Shown: positions 25,491-35,412, numbered from the stretch's first letter. The stretch is DNA of 62,404 bases from Candidatus Omnitrophota bacterium (GCA_016783605.1 JADHWG010000003.1:1-62404), one strand, 5' to 3'. Numbers and translations: made by a program. The notes: a model not told the origin generated them from the letters alone.

Positions 25491-27044
25491 CTACCGTTCT
25501 TCTATTATCACTTCCTCTATATGTAACGACGAATCTTCGTTGAGCTCAATTTTACAGCGATATTTGCGTTGAATTCCGCTCAATATTCTTGCCTGTTCTG
25601 AGACAAACGCCGTATTTACGTCGGGATGCGAATTGATTTTTATTTGTTTTATTTTTTTTCCGCTTTCGATGAGACGTCTTTCGATCTTTCGAGCGACATC
25701 GATCGCTATGGTCTCCACGCTTTTTATCTTACCCGTTCCGGCGCAATAAGGACACTCCACGCGAGAGGCGCCTTCCAAACTTTTCCGGCGCCTTTGACGC
25801 GTCATCTCCACTACACCAAACTGAGAAATGGTTCGTAAATTTATCCGCGCTTTATCCTCCTGCATCTCCCGCTGAAGAAGATGAAAAACTTGATCCCGAT
25901 GTTCTTTTGTGTCCATATCGATAAAATCAATAATAATGATGCCGCCTATATCCCTCAACATAAGCTGTCTCGGAATTTCTTTCGCGGCCTCCATGTTCGT
26001 TTTAAAAGCGGTTTCTTCCAAACTCTTTTTCCCAACGAAACTACCCGTATTTACGTCTATTACGACCACACCTTCGGTCTGTTCTATGATAAGATAGCCG
26101 CCGCTTTTAAGCGCGATCTTTTTCTCAAAGATTTCGTCGATTTTCTTGTCCAAATTATATTTCTGGAACAAAGGCACTCGCCCTTTATATAACTTCACTT
26201 TTTTCTTCAAGGACGGCATGAAGGCTTTAAGAAACTTAATAATTCTCACATATTCTTCGTCCGAATCGACAATAAGCTGTGATACGTCTTCAGTAAAAAT
26301 GTCTCTTATCATGCGAAGTACGATACCGTATTCCTCATATATTTTTAGCGGCGGTTTTTGTTTCTCGGCTCTTGTCTTGATCCGTTCCCATAAATTGATC
26401 AAATATTTCAGTTCGTTTTTTAATTCTTTCTCGGTTCTATTTTCCGCGACAGTTCTTACGATACAACCCACCTTATCCAGGATATTCATCTTGGTCAATA
26501 CTTCACGTATTCTTTTTCTCTCGTTCCTATCGGTTATCCGTCTGGATATCCCAATATTCCGATCATAAGGAGTCAATACAAGATACCGTCCGGGAAGACT
26601 CACATATGTGGTAAGTCTGGAACCTTTTGTCCCCATCGCCTCCTTAACAACCTGCGCGATAACTTCTTCTCCGGATTTCAAAATATCTTTGATCTTTGTT
26701 CCGTTCTTTTTTCTTTTAGGCTTGAACGCGGGGTCGTCGTCGTCCGACAACATTTCCTTAAGAACGGAACTCTTGTCTATAACATCACTGACATGAAGAA
26801 ATCCGTTCTTTTTGAGCCCTATGTCAACAAACACGGCTTCTATTCCCGGAAGAACCGATTTTATCCGTCCCTTATAGATGCTTCCCGCGTAATGTTCTTT
26901 GCTTTCTCTTTCCATAAAGAAATCGGAAAGTTCTCCTTTATCCAATATCGCGATCCGTTTCTCTACGGGACCTATGTTCACCAATATCGTTCTTCCGCTT
27001 TTGGTTTCCGCGGAAACACTTTTTTTTTGTCTTCTGACTATCAT
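25491..27044 (-). CDS. rng: ribonuclease G/E family (Rne/Rng)
   Basis: 517 aa. S1 domain (GSIYKGRIKSVLPGIEAVFVDIG), the catalytic core (IIIDFIDM) and a CPxCxGxG zinc link. Confidence 0.9.
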   Translation of the reverse strand: MIVRRQKKSVSAETKSGRTILVNIGPVEKRIAILDKGELSDFFMERESKEHYAGSIYKGRIKSVLPGIEAVFVDIGLKKNGFLHVSDVIDKSSVLKEMLSDDDDPAFKPKRKKNGTKIKDILKSGEEVIAQVVKEAMGTKGSRLTTYVSLPGRYLVLTPYDRNIGISRRITDRNERKRIREVLTKMNILDKVGCIVRTVAENRTEKELKNELKYLINLWERIKTRAEKQKPPLKIYEEYGIVLRMIRDIFTEDVSQLIVDSDEEYVRIIKFLKAFMPSLKKKVKLYKGRVPLFQKYNLDKKIDEIFEKKIALKSGGYLIIEQTEGVVVIDVNTGSFVGKKSLEETAFKTNMEAAKEIPRQLMLRDIGGIIIIDFIDMDTKEHRDQVFHLLQREMQEDKARINLRTISQFGVVEMTRQRRRKSLEGASRVECPYCAGTGKIKSVETIAIDVARKIERRLIESGKKIKQIKINSHPDVNTAFVSEQARILSGIQRKYRCKIELNEDSSLHIEEVIIEER

Positions 27045-27118
27045 TTCACATTATCCTTTCCTATTTCGTTGACAGTTGGCTTGTCAGTTCGTTGATAGTT
27101 GTAAGTCTAACGAACTCT

Positions 27119-27406
27119 TTAACGAACCAATTGAATCCCTTTGGGGAGTTTGCTGTTGATCGTTTTAATAACGTCGTTTCTCGCCACCTCATGTGTAAGC
27201 CATATCGACATTTCTTCCTGTTCACTTGATCTTCCCAATTTTAGGGCTTTCGGTATGCTTATTTTTACTCTCGGAGAAAACCCTTTTGTCAAAACAAACG
27301 GCATGGCGCTCCGACGAATGGCTCTACGAAACATCAGCATAAGATCGAGATGAGAAATATAAACCATATCTCCGGTCTTTTTAAAAACAATGTCATACTT
27401 TATCAT
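27119..27406 (-). CDS. short DUF2344 / TIGR03936-like radical-SAM-linked protein (95 aa)
   Basis: MIKYDIVFKKTGDMVYISHLDLMLMFRRAIRRSAMPFVLTKGFSPRVKIS matches the N-terminal half of the family as I recall it. Lies directly upstream of rng, as usual for the family. Confidence 0.6.
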   Translation of the reverse strand: MIKYDIVFKKTGDMVYISHLDLMLMFRRAIRRSAMPFVLTKGFSPRVKISIPKALKLGRSSEQEEMSIWLTHEVARNDVIKTINSKLPKGIQLVR

Positions 27407-27588
27407 CGTACTCTACGCGCATCAAAGTTGATTTCTTTTTGGGATACATCCGAAAAAAATCTGCGGCATCTCGCCAAACAACGGAGAGGATTTTGGGAAG
27501 ACCGAACTTTATGAATAAAACCCGTATTCTGTCGATCAATAAAAAATTTTTACACAAACCAAAAACTCGTTTTTTCGATCTTGCCCTT

Positions 27589-29397
27589 TTATCCGTCACA
27601 TTTTTCTTTTTCCGTTTTACCTTTTCTAAAATCCATCAACGGTTTCCGCTCTTTATCCTCCTCCTTTTTTTTCTTGGGATTCACGCTAACTTCGGCGGTT
27701 TTCTTTGAGATCTTCAATTCGCCCTTGTTTATGACAACTTCATTCTCATTTTTGCCCCTAACACTTTTGCCGTAATACTGTTCATATTTTTCCTGAGTTT
27801 CCGAATCTATTATGGATTCTTCGCCGTCTTTTATAATGTGTACGGTAACAAAAAACACAACCTCCGATTTGTTCACATTATCCTGCTTATATTTCACCAA
27901 CCCTCCGACTATCGGAACATCTCCCAAAAGATCACCGAGAAACGGTACTTTATGATCCTCTTTCGCTTTCGTTTCACTGATAAGCCCCCCGATAAATATC
28001 GTTTCTCCGTCTTTGACCAACACCTGGGTATCCGCTTCTCTTAAGTCGAACGCCATCGCCACAGTATTCGTACTGCCGCTGACGGATAATTCTTCGAACG
28101 TGAGAGAACTCGATACCTGCGGCCGAAGATTGACTATTATCTCGTCTTTTTCATTGATGTGAGGAGTAACATTAAGAATAACTCCAACTTCGCGAGGATC
28201 CTCTTCAAATTCCACCGTAACAACCGACGCGTCTTCGGTTGTTTTCTGTTGTTTTTGAAGATAAATGTTGGTGACGACTTTTATAACGGCGGGCTGATTG
28301 TTAAGCGTGGTTATGTGCGGACTTGAAAGGATCGTAGTATCGTCTCTGTTATTTATCATTCTCAGCGTCGCGGAAAACTGCGAAAAATCAAGCGTTCCAA
28401 AAGAAAATAAGTTCGCGGTATTTGTGGCTGTCGTAAACGTGGTAGGATTGATCATCTGCCCCACCGCGCTAAACGCGTCCACGATCGGCATATTGCCTTT
28501 TCCCGAAAGACCCGTGGAATTCAAAGTCGTTGCCGGATAATAATTGGTTTGTTTCGACGGCAGAAAATTCAACGAACCGTCATTTCTAAAAGGAAGCGTT
28601 GTGGGACGGCTGGCTCCCGTGGCGGAAACAACCGCATTCCAGTCAATGCCGAACTGATCATCTTTATCCAGCGTCACCTCTATCACTTTCGCGTCAAGCA
28701 TGATCTGCGGGGTTTTTTTATCTATTTTAGCAAGCATTTCTTTGATAATTCCAACTCTCGCCGGGATCGCCGTAACCACGATCGAATTAACATTCGGAAG
28801 AAAAGTCGCCCTTTCACCTATCTTCGGAGAAATTACGGAATTTACGGCTTTCATAAGCTGCGATATATTACGATCCGTTCCCACTTCATCATCATCCGAG
28901 CTCAAGCTCATAATATCTTCCGTGTTTTGTATGATGTAATTCAACGGTATCACCACTGTTACCGGCTCCTCCTCCTGAAGACTACTTTTCGGCATAACTC
29001 GTATTATACCCTTCTCGTCATCCCTCGAATACGCGTAGTTATAATTGCGTGTAACGATATCAAGCGCGACTTCCCAGGGTTTATCCCTGAGCCGCATCGT
29101 AACCGTCCCTTCCACCCCTGGCGACGGAACGATATCCACACCGCTCACTTCCGAAAGATAGCGCAAAACCGTCTGAATCTCCACGTCCTTAAAATTCACC
29201 GTCACGTTTCCCTGTTTCGGCAATGACGCGGAAACATCGGACTTGATCGGCTCCGGCGCGCTGAACGTTTTTGCCGACGCGGCAGGTGTTTGCATTTGCG
29301 CGAAAGCGCCAACCGGCACCAGAACGATCGCGACAAAAATCGCCGCAATACACACGCCGACACCTCTTGAAAACCTTCTTATTCTGCGCGTATCCAT
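27589..29397 (-). CDS. pilQ: type IV pilus secretin PilQ
   Basis: Signal peptide, secretin N domains and a secretin core ending VPFLGDLLGDVPIVGGLVKYK. Followed by an extra ~90-aa Lys/Glu-rich C-terminal tail. Confidence 0.88.
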   Translation of the reverse strand: MDTRRIRRFSRGVGVCIAAIFVAIVLVPVGAFAQMQTPAASAKTFSAPEPIKSDVSASLPKQGNVTVNFKDVEIQTVLRYLSEVSGVDIVPSPGVEGTVTMRLRDKPWEVALDIVTRNYNYAYSRDDEKGIIRVMPKSSLQEEEPVTVVIPLNYIIQNTEDIMSLSSDDDEVGTDRNISQLMKAVNSVISPKIGERATFLPNVNSIVVTAIPARVGIIKEMLAKIDKKTPQIMLDAKVIEVTLDKDDQFGIDWNAVVSATGASRPTTLPFRNDGSLNFLPSKQTNYYPATTLNSTGLSGKGNMPIVDAFSAVGQMINPTTFTTATNTANLFSFGTLDFSQFSATLRMINNRDDTTILSSPHITTLNNQPAVIKVVTNIYLQKQQKTTEDASVVTVEFEEDPREVGVILNVTPHINEKDEIIVNLRPQVSSSLTFEELSVSGSTNTVAMAFDLREADTQVLVKDGETIFIGGLISETKAKEDHKVPFLGDLLGDVPIVGGLVKYKQDNVNKSEVVFFVTVHIIKDGEESIIDSETQEKYEQYYGKSVRGKNENEVVINKGELKISKKTAEVSVNPKKKKEEDKERKPLMDFRKGKTEKEKCDG

Positions 29398-29439
29398 CCC
29401 TTTTATCTCCCTTTTAGTAAGTGCTCATAAAACCGTTTT

Positions 29440-29835
29440 TTAATTTTCTTCGTAAAGTTCCAACTCATGCGTCCGACCGTTTATTTCTATCATAGCGTTA
29501 TTTTCACCGACCGATTTGATCAAAACCTGATCAATAGTTTCGCCCGCGGAGATAACCTCTCCGTTTATAACGGCACTTCGCGTCCCGTCAGGATTAATAA
29601 CCACACCTTGCAGAAAAACATCGTCAACGGAAAGAATATTCCATGCCCCTCTTATGGCGGTGTTTTTTGGGGCAACACCTATGAGCGGAACAAAAGGATC
29701 CCTTCTCCCTCCCGAATCATATCCGATCGCAGACTTTTCCTCGCTTTGCACCGCCGGTGCGAAGCTCAAGAATATCGTGAACAAGATCACCATAGCGGCA
29801 GCACAAATATGTTTTCTATCCCGCAACATAAACAT
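29440..29835 (-). CDS. PilP-like pilus assembly protein
   Basis: 131 aa. TM/signal, RDPFVPL motif and a beta-rich C-terminus (AVINGEVISAGETI). Positioned between pilO and pilQ. Confidence 0.6.
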   Translation of the reverse strand: MFMLRDRKHICAAAMVILFTIFLSFAPAVQSEEKSAIGYDSGGRRDPFVPLIGVAPKNTAIRGAWNILSVDDVFLQGVVINPDGTRSAVINGEVISAGETIDQVLIKSVGENNAMIEINGRTHELELYEEN

Positions 29836-30454
29836 AGGTCTTCAACTTTATCGTTATGTCGTGTTTTCTTGGATCTTTGACGTCACTCTTGATGAGCAGA
29901 TCTTCTATCGTCACAAAACGTTTGCTTCCTTCCAGATTGCCGATAAAACTCGCGAGTTCATGATATCCGCTTTCGGCGGTTATCTCTATCGGAACTTCCT
30001 TGTAATATTCCCCTGCTTTTTCGATATCTTTCGGCTCTTTAGGAGTTATGCTTAGTATTTTAACGCCTGAGGTCTTCGCCGTTAACGACAATTCCTCAAT
30101 AAACTCCGGAAGTTCCTTTTGCTCGGGAAGCCCGACCGAATAACCGTTTATCTCCGTTGTCAATTTCTCAAATTTCTTCGTTAAAACATCTATCCTGCCG
30201 ATACGACTGTCCACTAATTCTATCTTCGCTTTCAGATCTTTTATTTCGATGGAGGTTTTTCCCAAAAAAACCAGTTTCGGAATAACGGCAGAGATCAGAT
30301 ATACAAACAAGATAATTCCGGCGATTGCCAAGATCATATATCCGCGATATTCTTTCGCCGTAAAAAGTTTTTTTATCCGATCCGGAATAAATTTTTCAAT
30401 TTTTCCCAATCCATCGGCTATACTCGCTCTGAAATCGCGTTTATTTTCTTCCAT
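29816..30454 (-). CDS. pilO: PilO-like pilus assembly protein
   Basis: 212 aa. One TM helix, a coiled coil and a ferredoxin-like C-terminus. Positioned after pilN. Confidence 0.6.
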   Translation of the reverse strand: MEENKRDFRASIADGLGKIEKFIPDRIKKLFTAKEYRGYMILAIAGIILFVYLISAVIPKLVFLGKTSIEIKDLKAKIELVDSRIGRIDVLTKKFEKLTTEINGYSVGLPEQKELPEFIEELSLTAKTSGVKILSITPKEPKDIEKAGEYYKEVPIEITAESGYHELASFIGNLEGSKRFVTIEDLLIKSDVKDPRKHDITIKLKTYVYVAG

Positions 30455-30471
30455 ACATTATCCAATATCGT

Positions 30472-31092
30472 TTATGAAACCGCGCCGCCTTCTTCCTCTT
30501 TAAAATCGCAACGCAACTTGAACCGCATAACTTCTTCTCCGGAAAAATCGCGTTTATTAATGTTCTTCAGTTCGATCGTTTCCGAAAAATCGGAAAATAC
30601 TTTTATTCCCTCCAAATTGCTGATGAATTTCGCGACAAGCAGTGTCGCTTGTTCATTCTTCCCGATGGCATACCCTTCAATTTCAAGAAACCCTTTATTC
30701 CCCGAGACTGACTGTCTTGCCGACTTTAGATCCAACCTCTCTATCCAGATATTCGGGTTTACCGCCTTACTTAATCCTTCGAGCAGCTTAACTAATTTAA
30801 GATCCGGTTCGGCGATCTTTCTCGTCGCGGCAACTCTTTTCTCTAGAGTCAAAATTTCACTCGTAAGCTTTTCCGTTTTTTCTCTCTCCGGCCGCATTGA
30901 CTCCCATTTTTCGTTTAACACGTTTAGGGATTTTTTTTTGTGGATCTCAAAAAAGATCAAAACGAAATTCAGAGAAATAAATACCGCGAGTAATCCCGCG
31001 GCTATCGGCAAGAAAGGAAGTGGCGGCATTTTCCCAAAATGCTTCTTCTTTTTTTTTCTGAGTTCTCGAGGTAATAGGTTTATTTCGATCAT
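30472..31092 (-). CDS. pilN: PilN-like pilus assembly protein
   Basis: MIEINLLPRELRKKK is the conserved PilN N-terminus (binds PilM), followed by a TM helix. Confidence 0.75.
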   Translation of the reverse strand: MIEINLLPRELRKKKKKHFGKMPPLPFLPIAAGLLAVFISLNFVLIFFEIHKKKSLNVLNEKWESMRPEREKTEKLTSEILTLEKRVAATRKIAEPDLKLVKLLEGLSKAVNPNIWIERLDLKSARQSVSGNKGFLEIEGYAIGKNEQATLLVAKFISNLEGIKVFSDFSETIELKNINKRDFSGEEVMRFKLRCDFKEEEGGAVS

Positions 31093-31121
31093 AATGGTTT
31101 TTTTTCGTAAGACACGGTTAA

Positions 31122-31145
31122 AGGCGAATAATTATTCGCCCCTAC
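31122..31145. repeat. REP-like hairpin GGCGAATAATTATTCGCCCCTAC
   Basis: Same hairpin class as 24927-24949. Lies in the pilM-pilN gap. Confidence 0.7.
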
Positions 31146-31146
31146 A

Positions 31147-32166
31147 TTACGGTTGCCGAAGCGCCAGGCCCATACAAACGGCAAACTGCGGCACGGAAGT
31201 ATCAGTGCCATTACGAAAAACATCTGCCGATTTTGCCGCCGCTTCAGTCGGATCCCATTTTTTTATTTCGACATTTAATTTCTCGTTCAAATATCCAAGA
31301 ACTCCTTCTTGCGCGATCATCCCGCCGGAACAATAAATTTCGCCTATCTTTTTTCTTTGCCTGTTTTCAAAATAACCGAATGAAAGTTGGATCTCTTTGA
31401 TCAAACGGTCAAGAACCGAAAAGGTCGCCTTCAAAATTTTTTCCGAATTTTCTTCGGTCTTGCTCGACTTGCATTTCTCAGCCGCGTCAAATTCAATTGC
31501 CACATCTCGCGCGATCGCCTCGGATATATCTTTACCTCCGATCGGTATCTGCCGTATGAACACCGGCTCTTTCCCGTCAGCGACCAATATGTCCGTGCGG
31601 GAATGTCCGAAATTCAATAAAGCGAACGTTGGGCCGGTTTGAACGGAATTGACTTCTAAAAAAGCGTTGAACATCGCGAACGGGTCCATATCAACCACCC
31701 CGATCTCGAGATTTAAATTTTTGCAGATCTTAATCAACTCTTCCACCGCATTTTTTTTTGCCGCCGCCAAAATTACACGCATTTGTTCGGTCTCGCGGAT
31801 CGGGTCCAAAATTGCCACATCCATAATGACTTCATTCATGTTGAAAGGAATATATTTTTCCGCCTCATAGCCTAGCGCGTCTTCAAGCTGAGCGCGGCTC
31901 ATTTTCGGAAAGTTTACGAACCTGACGATCGCCTCTGGACCGAATATGGAGAGATTTACTTCGTTTGGATGAAGATCCGTTTCTTTGAACATTTCCCGTA
32001 TAACATTTGTCTTTTCGTCAAGATTGGCTCTGGAAGAAATTTTTTTCTCGTTTAGCGCGATCAGTGTTTTTTTGTCGGCGCGAAGCGCGAACGCCGCAAG
32101 CTTGATCGAATAAGTTCCGATATCCAGTCCCACTGACCGCACGCCATTATCGTCTGAATTCATCAT
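31147..32166 (-). CDS. pilM: type IV pilus assembly ATPase-fold protein PilM
   Basis: 339 aa, actin-like fold (GLDIGTYSIKLA ... GGGS-like segments). Positioned upstream of pilN. Confidence 0.85.
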   Translation of the reverse strand: MMNSDDNGVRSVGLDIGTYSIKLAAFALRADKKTLIALNEKKISSRANLDEKTNVIREMFKETDLHPNEVNLSIFGPEAIVRFVNFPKMSRAQLEDALGYEAEKYIPFNMNEVIMDVAILDPIRETEQMRVILAAAKKNAVEELIKICKNLNLEIGVVDMDPFAMFNAFLEVNSVQTGPTFALLNFGHSRTDILVADGKEPVFIRQIPIGGKDISEAIARDVAIEFDAAEKCKSSKTEENSEKILKATFSVLDRLIKEIQLSFGYFENRQRKKIGEIYCSGGMIAQEGVLGYLNEKLNVEIKKWDPTEAAAKSADVFRNGTDTSVPQFAVCMGLALRQP

Positions 32167-32265
32167 ATCACGTCTGCCGTCCTATAAAAACATTTTAATA
32201 ATATAATAGGGAATGTCAGTGAAAGCGTATCATACCAATCCTCAATTGTCAAGACGCGCTACAGC

Positions 32266-32391
32266 CGTATATCGTATATCGCATGTCGTATATCGAACTT
32301 CCCGCCGACGGGGCGTTCTTCACGATATACGATATCCGACATACGATATACGGCTACTATACGATATGGTTTTTCCACCTACGAGGTGGAA
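32266..32391. repeat. CGTATAT-heptamer palindromic element, family T, copy 2, plus TTCCACC hairpin
   Basis: 4 CGTATAT-type units, the core CCCGCCGACGGGGCG, then 4-5 CGATATA-type units, then the hairpin TTCCACCTACGAGGTGGAA. This hairpin contains the last codons and TAG stop of the CoA ligase. Confidence 0.8.
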
Positions 32392-34073
32392 TTGAACGGA
32401 ATTGAAGTATAACCGGGTCGATCGGCATATATTTCCTTAACTTCGTACCTCTTTATTTTTCCGGTGTGTGTGCGCGGGAGATCGTTGAACGTAACAAAAA
32501 AATGATTTATCCTTTTATGAAGGGATAACCTCCGCGAAACTTTTCGAAACTTTTCCACAAGCACTTTTTTGATCACTTCCGTGTCACCGTTATGTCCCTC
32601 GAAAAATATCGGATCCGGAACAACGGCCGCCTTTAAAAACTGTAATTCCATGTTTTCCTGAGGGCATTCTTCAAAAATGCACATTTCTTTAAGCGGAACT
32701 TCCCTTAAATACGCTTCCTCTATTTCATTCGGGTATACATTCAGTCCCGAATCAAAAACGATCACATCTTTTAATCTGCCCAATATAGAAACATATCCGT
32801 CTTTATCGATAACACCGATGTCTCCCGTATGAAACCATTCGTCCTTTGTCCGTGCGGCTGTCAGTTTAGATCCGACACAATATCCTTTCATAATGTTCGG
32901 ACCGCGCGCGAGTATCTCTCCCGCTCCATCTTTATTTTTATTCAGCAGTTTCAGCTCCACGTCCGGTAATGGTAACCCCACCGATCCAATTTTCGGTTTT
33001 TTAAAAGGGTTTATCGCCAAAACCGGCGAGGCTTCGGTAAGACCGTATCCTTCCAATATCGTAAACCCGAATTTGAAAAGATCTCTTCCGATTTTTTCGT
33101 CAAGCTTGGTGCCGCCCGAAATAAACAGCCGCATCGCTCTACCCAGCTGAAGATGAGCTTTTCTAAAAAGGTGTCGAGACAAATTGATCCCGGTCATTTT
33201 TCTGATACCGTAAAGCAGTTCGGTTATCGCAATAAAAAAAGGCTTAAAAACGAATGGGATACAATTCAACTTCTCCACGATTCGCCGATGAAACATGCGG
33301 AAAACTTGCGGTACTCCGATAAAATCAGCGGGATTTTTTTTCCGCATCGCTGCCATAACTTCTTCGGGACACATGCTTCCCGGATATATAATTTTGCCGC
33401 CGTAAAAAAGCGGAAGCAGCATTGTGACCGTCAGAGGATACGCGTCATACAAGGGAAGTGCCGCCAATATGCCGTCCTTCCGCCTCATAAGCCCCAATCT
33501 GAACAAAGAATTACTGTTCGCCAAAAGATTCCCGTGTGATAACATGATTCCTTTAGGCGCGGAAGTAGTGCCGGAAGTGGACAAAATGCACGCGGCGCGA
33601 TCTTCGTCCACATCGCTTAAAACGGTATCTACCGGAACCCGTTCCAACGCGAGTTTAAACGTCTCCTCCTTCACCGAGATAATTTTTTTTAATGAAGAGG
33701 GTCTTTTGATCAATCCTTTTTCACATAAAACGGAGGATTCCCCGACAAAAGCGATTTTACATTCCGCGCCCGAAAGAATATTCAGAACTTCCTCCGATCC
33801 CAAATCGGTATTGATGGGAACAACTATCGCGCCTCTTTCCATAGCGGCAAAAAATATCATTACCCATTCGGGTCTATTCTCCATGGAAATGGCCACGGTA
33901 TCATTTTCATTGATGTTTTCCTTCGCAAAAAACGCGGATAACGCCTCCGTCTTTCGAAAAAGACTCTTAAAAGAAAAATCCCGCCACAACCCGTCTTCTT
34001 TGTATTGGATAGCTATCTGATCGTCAAATTCCGACGAAGCTTCCTTGAATTTGTTCCATAGATTCTTTCGCAT
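32379..34073 (-). CDS. AMP-dependent synthetase/ligase (long-chain fatty-acid--CoA ligase-like)
   Basis: 564 aa. AMP-binding motifs (LSTSGTTSAPKGIMLSH, GYGLTE, TGDIG..D.DGY, GKIKR). Confidence 0.88.
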   Translation of the reverse strand: MRKNLWNKFKEASSEFDDQIAIQYKEDGLWRDFSFKSLFRKTEALSAFFAKENINENDTVAISMENRPEWVMIFFAAMERGAIVVPINTDLGSEEVLNILSGAECKIAFVGESSVLCEKGLIKRPSSLKKIISVKEETFKLALERVPVDTVLSDVDEDRAACILSTSGTTSAPKGIMLSHGNLLANSNSLFRLGLMRRKDGILAALPLYDAYPLTVTMLLPLFYGGKIIYPGSMCPEEVMAAMRKKNPADFIGVPQVFRMFHRRIVEKLNCIPFVFKPFFIAITELLYGIRKMTGINLSRHLFRKAHLQLGRAMRLFISGGTKLDEKIGRDLFKFGFTILEGYGLTEASPVLAINPFKKPKIGSVGLPLPDVELKLLNKNKDGAGEILARGPNIMKGYCVGSKLTAARTKDEWFHTGDIGVIDKDGYVSILGRLKDVIVFDSGLNVYPNEIEEAYLREVPLKEMCIFEECPQENMELQFLKAAVVPDPIFFEGHNGDTEVIKKVLVEKFRKVSRRLSLHKRINHFFVTFNDLPRTHTGKIKRYEVKEIYADRPGYTSIPFNSTS

Positions 34074-34142
34074 ACGAATCCTTCCGATCCTTAAATTTTA
34101 CTCACAACCATTTTCCACATACACACCTCTTTTGTATGTGAA

Positions 34143-34171
34143 AGTATACCTGATATTTACGTTTTTTTGAA
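34143..34171 (-). promoter_or_regulatory. candidate promoter for the CoA ligase gene (TTCAAA-17 nt-TATACT)
   Basis: Minus-strand motif match only. Followed by the hairpin CACATACAAAAGAGGTGTGTATGTG in the leader. Confidence 0.3.
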
Positions 34172-34241
34172 ATTTTTTGTCCCGATTTCCAGTATTTTGG
34201 TTGGCCGGTTGGAAGATCTCCGCGCGCGAGGCAAAGACAGT

Positions 34242-34479
34242 GTAGGGTGTATATTGTCACAATTCAGGTAATAAATCGATAGTGACCGGGACCACCCGAC
34301 CATTTTGTCCCCACTTCAATTAATCGGACAAGGCAGGCCTTGTCCCTACGAATAATATAAAATATGCCACAACAAATCGTAGGGGCCGGGCCTGCCCGGC
34401 CCTTTTGTCCCCATCATCATTGATAACCTTTATATGTTGGTGCCATTATAGACGGTTACCTAAATTGTGACAATGTACA
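34242..34479 (+). mobile_element. MITE-like element, family A
   Basis: GTAGGG+TGTATATTGTCACAATTCAGGTAAT ... GTTACCTAAATTGTGACAATGTACA. Confidence 0.85.
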
Positions 34480-34533
34480 AGGGACAGGCACGGGGGGCCT
34501 CCTACACAGATTCACGCGAGAGTTTAATACCAC

Positions 34534-34575
34534 AAAAAAAAGAGGATAAACGTTTATGTTTGTCCTCTTTTTTTT
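34534..34575 (-). terminator. rho-independent (bidirectional-looking) terminator after the major pilin gene
   Basis: An A8 run, the stem AGAGGA...TCCTCT with an internal AAACGTTT palindrome, then a T8-9 run. Lies 41 nt downstream of the pilin stop. Confidence 0.6.
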
Positions 34576-34615
34576 CGAGATTCAACCGGTCAACTGACCC
34601 ACCGGCTAACCGGTA

Positions 34616-34960
34616 TTACGGCAACGCGTGCCCGGCGATAGTACACGACGGATCCGTACCGATTACCGCAACGGTATAGACCCCGCTTGCCGGACAAGTC
34701 GGTGTCGACTTAATATAGGTCGGCACAAGATTTGCCATCGCGCAAGCTCCGCCTGAAGCCACAGAACTATCCAAAGCGTATAATGTTTTCGCTCCGTCGA
34801 TCTGCTTTAAATTCGCTATACACGCGTTTGTCTGCGCGGTTGTACGCGCCTGCACAAAATTCGGTACAGCAATGGCAGCCAATAAACCTATAATTGCAAC
34901 AACGATCATAATCTCAACAAGAGTAAAACCACCTTTTGATAATTTGCCCTTTATCTTCAT
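34616..34960 (-). CDS. major pilin / GspG-like prepilin (114 aa)
   Basis: MKIKGKLSKGGFTLVEIMIVVAIIGLLAAIAVPNF is the class III signal. Contains NACIANLKQIDGAK and C-terminal Cys pairs. GGAGGTG RBS before the ATG at 34960. Confidence 0.88.
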   Translation of the reverse strand: MKIKGKLSKGGFTLVEIMIVVAIIGLLAAIAVPNFVQARTTAQTNACIANLKQIDGAKTLYALDSSVASGGACAMANLVPTYIKSTPTCPASGVYTVAVIGTDPSCTIAGHALP

Positions 34961-35133
34961 AATTTTCACCTCCCTTTCGTGATCAATTTTCGGAATTGTG
35001 TTTACATCACCCTCCAATTTAAGTATACCTGAAACCTCCCTAAAAGGCAATTAACCGGCTTTTTTCGTCTTCCTAACAAAATCCACCTTCACCTCACACA
35101 GTATACATAAGGGCGACCACAAGGGTCGCCCCT

Positions 35134-35412
35134 TGTATATTGTCACAATTCGGGTAACGATATGCACTCCTTGATTGGCGTTGTCGCACAATATTCCCAA
35201 AATGTCATCCTCCGGAACGCGGGGATCTATAATTCCAAGAAACACCATACAAACTGATCCCCGTGTTCCGGAGGATGACAGAAAAAGGTGTTTTGCGACA
35301 GCGGCCTATTGTACTCAAAATCAACTATTGGTTTTGTAGGGGCACGGCATGCCGTGACCCTACGTATTTCAAATTAACTCCCAATTTGTTACCCGAATTG
35401 TGACAATGTACA
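35134..35412 (+). mobile_element. MITE-like element, family B
   Basis: Near-identical to 15751-16028. Preceded by the hairpin GGGCGACCACAAGGGTCGCCC (35111-35132). Confidence 0.85.

Noticed and set aside
27393-27599. 68-aa minus-strand ORF between pilQ and the DUF2344-like gene
   Set aside because: It overlaps both neighbours and has no RBS or family signature, so it is likely spurious. It does not encode the missing half of DUF2344.
28549-29226. Long plus-strand ORFs opposite well-supported minus-strand genes (also 30518-31336, 33424-34020, 52012-52713, 35528-36001, 14016-14450 and many shorter ones)
   Set aside because: These are shadow ORFs with low-complexity or odd composition and no recognisable motifs. 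Each lies fully inside a minus-strand gene with clear family signatures.
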